A model generated the notes under the pieces. The model made no database searches. It worked only from the letters and a program-made list of their open reading frames with translations, and was not told where the DNA came from. The translations under genes and the position numbers were made by a program. A stretch of 64,000 nt of DNA from Hemiscyllium ocellatum (Eukaryota), in contig NC_083426.1 in the NCBI RefSeq assembly GCF_020745735.1, positions 12,710,001 to 12,774,000 of the forward strand, in the 5' to 3' direction. Shown piece by piece: positions 36,201 to 48,233 of the stretch. Each line of letters opens with the position of its first letter. Within the stretch, counting starts at the first letter, position 1.

Positions 36201-39200
36201 GGAGGCGTCCGCGAGCTGGCGTTTGGCCTCAGCGGTATAAAGGTCGGTACGCCAAACTACTACCGTGCCTCCCTTGTCTGCCGGTTTGATGGTGAGGTTG
36301 GGGTTAGAGTGGAGGGAGTGTCACCCTGACAGGAATATACTTTCTCTGGATTCTTGTTATCTCTTTTCTGAAAGCTTACAATTTTCCAGTTGTCTCATTA
36401 CCTGCGAACATCTGCCTCCAATCAGCGTTTGAAAGTTCTTGCCTAATACTGTCAAAATTGGCCTTTCTCCAATTTAGAACTTCAACTTTTGGATGTGGTC
36501 CATCATTTTCCATCACTATTTTCAAACGAATAGAATTATGGTCGCTGGTCCCAAAGTGCTCCCCCACTGACACCTCAGTCACCTTCCCTGCCTTATTTCC
36601 CAAGAGTAGGCCAGGTTTTGCAACTTCTCTCGTAGGTACACCCACATACTGAATCAGAAAATTGTCTTGTACACACTTAAGAAATTCCTCTCCATCTAAA
36701 TCTTTAACACTATGGCAGTGCCAGTCGATATTTGAAAAGTTTAAATCACCTACCATAACTACCCTATTATTCTTACAGATAGCTGAGATCTCCAGACAAG
36801 TTTGTTTCTCAATTTCCCTCTGACTACTGCGAGGTCTATAATATAATCCCAATAAAATGATCATCCCTTTCTTATTTCCCAGTTCCACCCAAATAACTTC
36901 CCTGGATGTATTTCCGGGAATATCCTTCCTTAGCACAGCTGTAATGCTATCCCTAATCAAAAATGCCACTAGCCCTCCTCTCTTGCCTACCTTTCTATCC
37001 TTCCTGTAGCATTTGTATCCTGGAACATTTAGCTGCCAGTCCTGCCCATCCCTCAGCCATGTTTCCGTAATTGCTATGATATCCCAGTCCCATGTTTCTA
37101 ACCATGCCCTGAGTTCATCTGCCTTCCCTGTTAGGGCCCTTGCATTGAAACAAATGCAGTTTCATTTATTAGTCATACCTTGTCCCTGCCTGCCCTGATT
37201 GTTTGACTCACTTCTGTTCTCAGCTGTACCCGTCTCAGATCGATCTCTTCCACCCCCACCCCCACCCCACCTTGCTAGTTTAAATTCTTTCAAGCAGTTC
37301 TAGCAAATTTCCCTGCCAGTATATTCGTCCCCTTCCAATTCAGGTGCAATCCTTCCTTCTTGTACAGGTCACTTCTACCCCAAAAGAGATTCCAATGATC
37401 AAAAACTGTGAATGCTTCTCCCATACACCAGCTCCTAAGCCATGCATTCATCTGCTCTATCCTCCTGTTCCAGCCCTCACTAGTTTGTAGCACTGGGAGT
37501 AATCCACTTATTACTACTGTTGAGGACCTCCTTTGTAAATTTCGGCCTAACTCTCTGTAATCTCCCTTCAGAATCTCAACCTTTTCCCTTCCAATGCCGT
37601 TGGTTCCAAAGTGGACAATGACCTCCTGCTGGCCCCTCTCCCCCATGAGAACATTCTGTACCCTCTCTGAGACATCCTCGATCCTGACATCAGGGAAACA
37701 ACACACCATTCTGATTTTTCTCTGCTGGCCACAGAAATGTCTGTCTGTACCTCTCACTACAGAATCCCCTAACACAATTGACCTCTTGGAAGCCAACGAA
37801 CCCCTCGTTGCATTAGAGCCAGTCTCAGTACCAGAAACTTGGTTGTTTGTGCTACATTCCCCTGAGAATCCATCACCCCCTACATTTTCCAAAACAGCAT
37901 ACCTGTTTGAAATGGGTATATCCACAAAAGAATCCTGCTCGAGCTGCCCACCTCTCTTACTCTTCCATCTATGTGACTGTATCTGAGACTTTCCCCCCTT
38001 TCTATAACTGCCATCCATCACATATTGTTGCTGTTGCAAATTCCTCATCGCTTCTATTTGTCTCTCCAACCGATCCACTCGATCTGATAAGATTCGCATC
38101 CAACATCATTTATGGCAGATATAATCCGCAGTAACCCTTAAACTCTCTTTAAACTCCCACATCTGACAAGAAGTACTTTTCACAGAAAGGCCATTTTTGC
38201 TCCTTCACAATCTACAGACCCAGAAAATAACACCGTCTTATTCCTCGACAAACACTGTCGCAGGTTAAATTAATAGCTATGGTTTATATTTTAAGTTTAA
38301 TCAAGAAACTTATCTCCAAAAACATCTAATCAAGAAAGAATCCACTGTACCCACTACTGCAGCCTTTCGCTTGGACAGGCTTAAAACAACAATTACCTTC
38401 TCTGATTGTGTGCTGTGAACTTCATCCAACAGTTCCTCCAAGATTCGGTGTGAATTTCACTGTTTGTTAATTTTCCCAGATGCACTGCGACGTCCAGCGA
38501 TACACGAATTCAAACAGCAAAGGCAGTAACTGTGCAGGTTTTCTCTCTCTCTCTCTCCTGCACTGTCCTCACCATGTGCTTCCTTTGTCTGCTCTTCTCC
38601 CTTTTCAACTGCTGTTGTTTTGACTCTTTTTTCCAAAGTTCCAAAACAATGCAACAGCAGATAAACAATAATTGCTGCTTCTGGAATTCGAGGAAATCAC
38701 CTCCAACACCTAAAATACCTCAAAAAAAGGAGCAGCTCTTACAGCCAGAAATGTTTCCCATCCTGGGAATTTGGAACATCCTGAGGCTGTAACAAAGGAT
38801 TGCCTTCATCATGAACTCGATGGAATGTAGCTAATTAAAATGTTAATGTTTATATTAAGCAATTCAATCCAGTCAAACTTATCAATTCGTATCTCCTCAG
38901 TTTCAGGTGCTTTATGGGCAGAGAAAGATGTAACGGGAATTTTGGGAAGAGCGATCACAATATCTTGTCACTACGAAGCACGGTGGTACCAGTCACACAT
39001 AAAATATTGGTGTCACAGATGGACTACTCTGTGTAACGTTATAGCAAAAACAAGTTGGCGAAATGGGCGAATATCAATCACTGACAACAAAATACAAGGA
39101 ATATTTCTTGTCACAATCAAGAATCTTGAATGGTGGGATGCCGGACGATACAGCTGTGGGATTGAGATTCCTGGTATTTACTCTGACCTCATGTTTAATG

Positions 39201-42200
39201 TAAATCTGCACATCTCTGAAGGTAAATGTCTCATTGATCTTTTAAAAAGATACTCTCTGCTGATATATCTTATCAATGTTTTATCCAGGAAGAAAAGTGA
39301 CAAAGAGTTGGGGGATATTTGATTTTTTGATCTCTCAATAATTGTTTCTTTCCAACAGAAGCCATCTCGGTTCCTGGACTTCGATTTTTATCCCAACCAA
39401 ATGTCTCATGGTCTGGGGTTTCAGTGACCTGTGAGTCTGCCCAGGGATCCCTCCCCATTCACTACGCATGGTCTGAGAAGATGCCATCACAAGATTCAAT
39501 GATCTCTGACACCAATAAACTGGATCTACATTGTCAATCCTTCACACAGCAACATCATCAATACTACTGCACAGCCTCAAATACTCAGGGAACAAAACCC
39601 AGTGAAATTGTCCATGTGTCAGTCAACAATGTAAGAGAGAAGAACTGCAGTTATAGGATACAGATCAACAGCATCGGTAAGTGTGATGTAAACAATGTTT
39701 GTTTATTATCTCACTCTGGGAAACTGTAATTGATAAAATGCACTCCATTTGTTTCTTCGTCATTTCTGAACAAATCCAATGGTTTGTACTGTAGTTAGAA
39801 AATGTGGAGGTCCAAAAAATACTAACCACATCATGTAGAAACATTGGAACAACTCCAATAATCCCCGCAAAATTAAAACAGCATTTGATTGATGGAGAAT
39901 TTGCATTTTTCTAACAAATGGAATTTTAAATTCAGTCCATGACTGTTGTGTCCAGATTTAGGGCCTATATTGGGGATAGAGTGGAGATCAGTTGTACAAT
40001 GAAATACCTGTAAATATTGCCTGCAGCTATTTCCTGATCTGATCTGTTTGAGCTGTCAGAGAAGTAGCAAGTCAGCATCAAGTCGAAGTGACACACGGGA
40101 ACTGTATTTGGAACTATCAGCAGCAGCTCATGTGGCTGCACTCTCACTTTTGATGCCAGCACGTTGGGGGTTCCAGTTCCCCTTCGGGGTTAAAATTCAG
40201 CTGGATCCCAGTGCCCAGCAGAGAGAAGTAATGCTGTGCTGTGGCAGGTGAGACAGTGTCGATGAGGTGAGAAACTGAGAACCTGTTCCCCCTTTAGGAA
40301 TGGCACCATTTGTAAACTATTTACAGAATAGAGGTTCTCCTAGTGTCTGAGCAAGCATTCATAGAGTCATAGAGTCATAGAGATGTACAGCATGGAAACA
40401 GACCCTTTGATTCAACGCGTCCATACCGACCAGATATCCCAATCCAATCTAGTTCCACCTGTCAGCACCAGGCCCATATCCCTCCAAACCCTTCCTATTC
40501 ATATACCCATCCAGATGCCTTTTAAATGTTGCAATTGTACCAGCCTCCACTACTTCCTCTGGCTGCACATTTATTCCATGCACCACCCTCTGTGTGCAAA
40601 AGTTACCCCTTAGGTCTCTTTTATATCTTTCCCCTCTCACCCTAAACCTATGCTCTCCAGTTCTGGACTCCCCCACCCCAGGGAAAACTCTTTGTCTGTT
40701 TATCCTATCCAAACCCTCATAATGTTGTAAACCTCTATAAGGTCACCCCTCAGTCTATGACGCTCCAGGGAAAATAATCCCAGCCTGTTCAGCCTCTCTC
40801 TATAGCTCAAATCCTCCAACCCTGACAACATCCTTGTAAATCTTTTCTGAACCTTTTCAAGTTTCACAACATCATTCCAATAGAACGACAACCAAAATTG
40901 CAGACAATATTCCTGCAGAAGCTTAACCAACACTCTGTACAGCTGCACCATGACCTCCCAACACCTGTACTCAATACTCTGACCAAGAAAAGGAAACATC
41001 AAATGCCTTCTTCTCTATCCAATCTACCTGCAACTCCACTTGCAAGGAGCTATGAATCTGCACTCCAAGGTCTCTTTGTTCAGCAACACTCTCGACGACC
41101 TCACCAGTCCTACTAAGATTTGCTTTCCAAAAATGCAGCATCTCGCATTCATCTGAATTAAATTCCATATGCCACTTCTCAGCCCATTGGCCCATCTGAT
41201 CAAGATCCTGTTGTAATCTGAGATAACCTTCTTCACTATCCACTTCACCTCCAATTTTGGTGTCATCTGAAAACTTACTAACTATACATTTTATGCTTGT
41301 ATCCAAATCATTTATGTAAATGACAAAAAGTAGACACCCCAGCACCGATCCTTGTGGCACTCCACTGGTCACAGGCCTCCAGTCTGAAAAACAATCCTCC
41401 ACAACCACCCTCTGTCTTCTACCTTTGAGCCAGTTCTGTATCCAAATGGCTAGTTCTCTCTGTATTCCATGAGATCTAACCTTGCTAATCAATCTCCCAT
41501 GGGGAAACTTGTCAAACACTTTACTGAAGTCCATGTAGATCACATCTACCATTCTGCCCTCATCAATCCTCTTTGTTACTTTTTTCAAAAATCTCAATCA
41601 AGTTTGTGAGACATGATTTCCCACGCACAAAGCCATGTTGATTATCCCTAATCAGTCCTTGCCTTTCCAAATACTTGCATATCCTCTCCCTCAGGATTCT
41701 CTCCAACAACTTGCCCACCACTGACATCAGGCTCACTGGTTATAGATCCCTGGCTTGTCCTTACTAACCTTCTTAAACAGTGGCACCATGTGAGCCAACC
41801 TCCAGTCTCCTGGCACCTCACCTGTGACTATTGATGATCCAAAGATCTCAGCAAGAGACCCAGCAATCACTTCTCTAGCTTCCCACAGAGTTCTAGGGTA
41901 CACCTGATCAGGTCCTGGAGATTTATTTGCCTTTATGCATTTCAAGACATCCTGCACTTCCTCCTCTGTAATGTGGACATTTTGCAAGGTGTCACCATTT
42001 ACTTCGCTACTTTCTATATCTTCCATAACCTTTTCCACTGTAAATACTGATACAAAATACTCGTTTAGTATCTCCCCCATTTTCTGCAGCTCCACACAAA
42101 GCCCGCCGAGCTGAGCTTTGAGGGGCCCTATTCACTCCCGAGTTATCCTTTTGTCCTTAATGTATTGTAAAAGCTCTTTGGATTCCACTTAACTCTATTT

Positions 42201-45200
42201 GCCAAAGCTATTTCATTTCCCGTTTTTACCCTTCTGATTTCCCTCTTAAGTATTCTCCTACTGCCTTTATACTCTTCTAGGATTCACTCAATCTGTCTTG
42301 TCTATTCCTTACATATGCTTCCTTCTTTTTCTTAAGCAACCCCACAATTTCTTTAGTCATCGAGCATTCCCTATACCTACCAGCCGTTCCTTTCACCCTA
42401 ACAGGAATGTACTTTCTCTGGATTCTCGTTATCTCATTTCTGAAGGCTTCCCATTTTCCAGCCGTCCCTTTACTTGCGAACATCTGTCCCTAATCAGCTT
42501 CCGAAAGTTCTTGCCTAATACTGTCAAAATTGGACATTCTCCAATTTAGTACTTCAACTTTTAGATCTGGTCTATCCTTTTCCATCACTCTTAAATCTGG
42601 AATTATGGTCGCTGGCCCCAAAGTGCTCCCCCACTGACACTTCAGTCACCTGCCCTGCCTTATTTCACAAGAGTAGTCAGGTTTTGCACATTCTCTGATA
42701 GGTACATCCACATACTGAATCATAAAATTGTCTTGTCCGCACTTAACAAATTCCTCTCCATCTAAACCCTTAACACTATGGCAGTCCCTGTCTATGTTTG
42801 GAAAGTTAAAGTCCCCTACCATAACCACCCTCTTATTCTTACAGAAAGCTGAGATCTCCTGACAAGTTTGTTTCTCAATTTCCCTCTGACTGTTCAGGGG
42901 TCAATAATACAATCCAAATAAGGTTATCATCCCTTACTTATTTCTCAGTTTCCCCAAGATAACTTCCCTGGATGTATTTCCAGGAATATCCTCCCTCAGC
43001 ACAGCTGTAAGGCTATCCCTTATCAAAAATGCCACTCTCCCTCCTCTCTTGCCTCCCTTTCTATCCTTCCTGTAGCATTTGTATCCTGGAACATTAAGCT
43101 GCCAGTTCTGCCCATCCCTGAGCCATGTCCCTGTATTTGCTGTGATATGCCAGTCCCATGTTCCCAACCATGCCCTGAGTTCATCTGCCTTCCCTGTTAG
43201 GCTCCTTGCATTGAAATAAATGCAGTTTAATTTAACAGTCCTACCTTGTTCTCTGCTTTGTCCCTGTCCGCCCTGACTGTTTGAATCACTTCTGTTCTCA
43301 ACTGTACCAGTCTCAGATTAATCTCCTTCCTCACTATCTCCCTGGGTTCCTCCCCAAACCCCCCACACACCCCCCCCAACGTTACTAGTTTAAGCCCTCC
43401 TGCCCAGCTCTAGCAAATTTCCCTGCCAGTATATTAGTCTGCTTCCAATTCAGGAACAATCCGTCCCTCTTGTCCAGGTCATTTCTACCACAGAAGAGAT
43501 TCCAATGATCCAAATGTGTGAATCCTTCACCCATACACCAGCTCCTCAGCCATGCATTCATCTGCTCTATCCTATTCTTGCCCTCACTAGCTCGTAGCAC
43601 TGGGAATAATCCAGATATTACTACTCTCGAGGACCTCCATTTTAAATTCCTGCAAAACTCTCTGTAATCTCCCTTCTGAATCTTAACCATTTCCCTTCCT
43701 ATGTTGTTTTTTTCCAACATGGACAATGACCTCATGCTGATCCCTCTCCTCTGTGAGAACATTCTGCACACCCTCTGAGACATCCTTGATCCTGGCGCCA
43801 GGGAAGCAACACATCATTCTGCTTTCTCGCTGATGGCCACAGAAACGTCTGTCTGTACCTCAGACTAGAGAGTCCCCTAACACAAGCGATCTCTTGGAAT
43901 TCGACATACCCCTCATTGCATCAGAGCCAATCTCAATACCAGAAACTTGGCTGTTCTTGCTACATTCACCTGAGAATCCATCATCCCCTGCATTTCCCAA
44001 AACAGCATACTTGTTTGAAATAGGGATAGTCACAGAAAACCCTGCATTACCTGCCTACCTCTCTTACCTTTCCTGGACATAACCCATCTATGTGACTGTA
44101 TCTGCAACTTTTCCCCCTTCCTATAACTGCCATCCATCACACCACCTTGCTCTTGTAAATTCTTCATTGCCCTTAACTGTCTCTCCAACCGATACATTTG
44201 ATCTGAAAGGATTTGCAAACAACAGCATTTATTGCAGATATAATTCTCAGTAACATGTCAACTCTCTCAGAACGATCACATCTAACAGGAAGGGCATATC
44301 ACTCTTCACCAGGCCATTTTTGCTTTTTCCAATTTGCAGACCCAGAAAATAGGACTGTCTTATTCCTCTCCTGCTCCAGGCTAACTTAATGCTTATATTT
44401 TTAAGTTTAATCAAGAGACATATTTCAATAAAACATGTAATCAAAAAAGAATCCACTCTACTCACTACTGCAGACTTTCTGTCAGGCCACACTTACAAAT
44501 ATTCACTTATCTGTTTCTGTGCTGTGACCTTTCCCAAACAGGTTCCTCCAAGATTAGTTGTCAATTTCCCTGTCTGTTAATTTTCTCAGACGCACTACGA
44601 TGTCCAGTGATACATCAATTCAAACAACAAAGGCAGTAACTGCACAGGTTCACTCCTGTGTCAGTTAGCAGTGTGGGTTTCCTTTTCTGTCTCCCTGTCC
44701 TGCACTGACCTAACCATGCGTTGCCTTTGTCTGTTCCTCCCCCTTTTAAAAGTGCTGCTAATTTGACATTTTTTGCCCAAAGTTCCAAAACAATGCAGCA
44801 GCACTTAAACAGTATTTGCTGCTCCTGGAATTCGAGGAGATCACCTTCAACACCTGAAATACCTCAAAAAAGGAGCAGCCTGTTACGGCCAGAAATTTTT
44901 CCCATCCTCCATCTTGGATTACCCAGAATCCTCTTTTTGCTGCCTTCCAACTGTTTTCTTTCTTCAAATGAGTACTTCACAGAATGGGAAGTATTTTGGG
45001 ATCTCCTCAGATTCTCGAAAGCACCAAGACCCTTCTGATTTATCAACGTCCTTTAGGCAATGATATCTGCCACCATTTCCAAGTCTGCTCCACATCAGAC
45101 TCCAGTAATGTACTTTGTCCTTAACTGCCCACTTCAAATGGCTTAGAAAACCACTCAGTCAGGGGCAATTGGAATGGACAACAAAAGCTGTCCATTAAAG

Positions 45201-48041
45201 ACTAAAAAATAAAGAGTTCATAGTTTATTTGTTGCAGAAATGATTCACCTAAAAAAAAACCCCAACCCATGTTGACTGTGTATTCCCTGGAGATGGGGAA
45301 CCTCATCTGTCTGTCTCATGGATTCTCACACTTCAGGAGATGGAAAACCACTGGCGGATTGTGTCGGTGTGAGGATGAGGTTTCACATTATTCCTGCAGG
45401 CTCAGAAAACAGACCTCACGAGGATGGAAGTCACCACTGTCTATGTCGGCAAGTGACAGCTCCATGTGAAACCCATGGTTTTAAACAAGTGGGATATCTG
45501 GGTTGTAGTTACCAGCCCAAACCCTTTAACAAACCCCAATGTGACACACCAACTCTCAGATTCAGGGAAAAAAGTAATCGGGATTGTCATTGTGGGGAAC
45601 TACAGGAGATGGGAGAGATACTGAACAAATATTTCGCAGGAGTTTCTACAATAGAAAATAACATAGAGGTGAGGGAGCTTCAGGAAATAAACATTGATGT
45701 CATAAGACACAGTCCATATTATACAAGAGGAAGTTTTGGAGGTTTTAAAAAACATAAAAGTTAATAACTCACTGGGACCTGATCAAATGTATCCGAGGAT
45801 GGTGTGGGAAGTTGGGGAAGGAATTTGGGGCATCTCTAGCAGAGATATTTGCAACATCCACAGCCATGGGTGAGGTGCTGAAGGACTGGAGGGTGGTTAA
45901 TGTTGTGCCTTTATATAAGAAAGACTGTAAGGAGAAGCTTGGGAACTCTCGAGCTGTCATTCCGATATCTGTGCTGGGTTGGTTGTTGCAGTGGATTCTG
46001 AGAGAGAGGATTTACATACATTTGGAGAGTCAAGAGCTGATTTGGGATAGAGTGAGGGAAATCGTGCTGTCCAAACCTGACTGAGATATTTAATGAAGTA
46101 ACCAAAACAACTGATGACAACACAGCAGTACACATTGTCTACACAGGCATTAATGACAGGGTTCCGCAGGGTAGACTAATCAGGAAAGTTAGATCACATG
46201 GGGTTCAGGGTGAGCTTGCCAATCAGATACAAATTTGGTTTGGGACAGGAGACAGAGGGTGGTCATGAAGGGCATTTTTTGGACTGATGGCATGTGACGA
46301 GTGGTGTTTCACAGGGATCATTGTAATTTGTATAAGCAATTTGGAGAGGAATTTAGGATGCATAGTTAATGAGTTTGTGAATGACACCAAATTTGGTGGT
46401 ATAGTCAACAGTGAAGAAGATTATCTAAGATTACAAAGGCATTTTGATCAACTGGGTCTTTGGGCTGCTCGGTGGCAGATGGAGTTTAATTTGGATAAAT
46501 GTGAGGTATTACATTTCGGTAAAACAAACAAGGAGAGGACTTATACAATTAATGGTCAGGCCCTGGGTTGTTCTGGTGAACAGAGGGACCTTGGGGCTCA
46601 GGTGAAGCAGGTATTTAACACGTTTGTCTGCGTTGCTCAGATCATTGAGTATCGGAGTTGGAACATCTTATTGTGGTGTATAGGATGTTGCTGAGGCCAC
46701 TCTTGGAGCACTGTGTACAATTCTGATCACTGCAACAGGAAGGTTATTATTCAACTGGAGAGGTTTCGATCTTCTCCTGAACATATTATAGGCCCATGTG
46801 ACAGAGTTCCCAAATACTGAAGAGCAAAATATTATTAATTATGAATGAAATGCAAAAGACCAAATAATGTTTCTTTTAAGTGAACATACCAGTATAATAA
46901 TTTTAATTTTTCCAAAGTTTTTAATGTTGAACACACTCTGGAAACAGGGGTGGTAATAACTCCTCAAACAAAACATTTTGCGTTTGCTTTTATTTCTTTT
47001 CTGCTTTGGAGTGCTGTTCATTAAATATTGTTTTGTGAGATTCAGTCACAAAAGTAGGTGGTTGGGTTATATTTCTCTTCCCACTAAAAGCCTTTTCCAT
47101 TCAGTCTTTAACTTGAATGAAGTTGTTTACTCTCTTTCAATCTCATTGAATTACACATTACAGTGTAATACTACAATAACATTTTTGTTCATCATTGCCA
47201 TCCCTCCACTTATAGTCAAGAAATTTTCAAACACTCAAAATTAAAATGCCCAATGTAGCATTACTCTAGACTATGACTTAGTCAATTCTGTTACAAGAAA
47301 CCTTCCGGGAACATTTTGTGGCTGGAGCCCATGAATTTCATGCAGAATAATTCACGGACAGAAACCTGAAGTGTGCATCTCTCTGTTTTCACAATTCTCC
47401 TTTTTCCAAAGCTTCCTTTTTCCAATAAGATCACTGCTTTCTGACCTTCATCACCTTTAATCATTCATGTATCTATCTCCCTTTCTTCTCTCCCCACCAC
47501 CTCTTCACTTACACTTAATATCCTTTCTGTCACTTTATTAAAGAATCGTACCCCACACAAAAGGCAATTCTCTTCACAAAATTGTTGGTCTGGTATTTAT
47601 TGAACTAAAGTCTAGCCAGACATCGACAGGCTGCTCCTCTTTCACACCAGAACCTAATGGCACAGCAATTTATACATTTTCCCATGAAGCATCTCTCTGG
47701 AAAGGTCAGTAACTTACTTTGAGGAGAAAGTGAGGACTGTGGATGCTGGAGATCAGAGTCGAGAGTGTGGTGCTGGGAAAACACAGCAGGTCAGTCAACA
47801 TCTGGAGAGCAGGTGGTGATTTTACCCTCCTTACATTCTCAGCAATATGTGATTACAAATAATCCTGCCCTTGTTGCCATTAAGGTCCTGCACATTGATC
47901 TCTCTCCCACATTGTGAAACATCCCTGGCAGAAGCTGAATTCTCTTTCTTTCCTACACAAGGACTCACATCATCGTACTGGGTCACCCGCTGTGTCTGCT
48001 CGTTGAGCCCTGAAAATGCAACCCCTGAGCCCACCATGAGT

Positions 48042-48077
<36 letters not shown>

Positions 48078-48202
48078 CTCCTCCCTGGATGAAACCCTCA
48101 TTCTCAGGTCGGAGTAAGGACCCTTCAGCTCCTGTACCCTCCTTCACACTGATCCCCAGCTGACTCCAATCCAGGCCTGTCACTCAGGCTGCTCTCCACG
48201 GT

Positions 48203-48233
<31 letters not shown>

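Larger units (their letters stand above)
32158..38760 (-). mobile_element. Near full-length CR1 LINE (5'UTR, ORF1 with SGNH esterase domain, ORF2 APE-RT), decayed, in intron 1 of unit C
   Basis: ORF1 37290-38099 (IVLGDSVVRG...VIVHFGTN); APE 36376-36969; RT 32601-33443; CTATGA tail at about 32162-32178. Confidence 0.92.
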
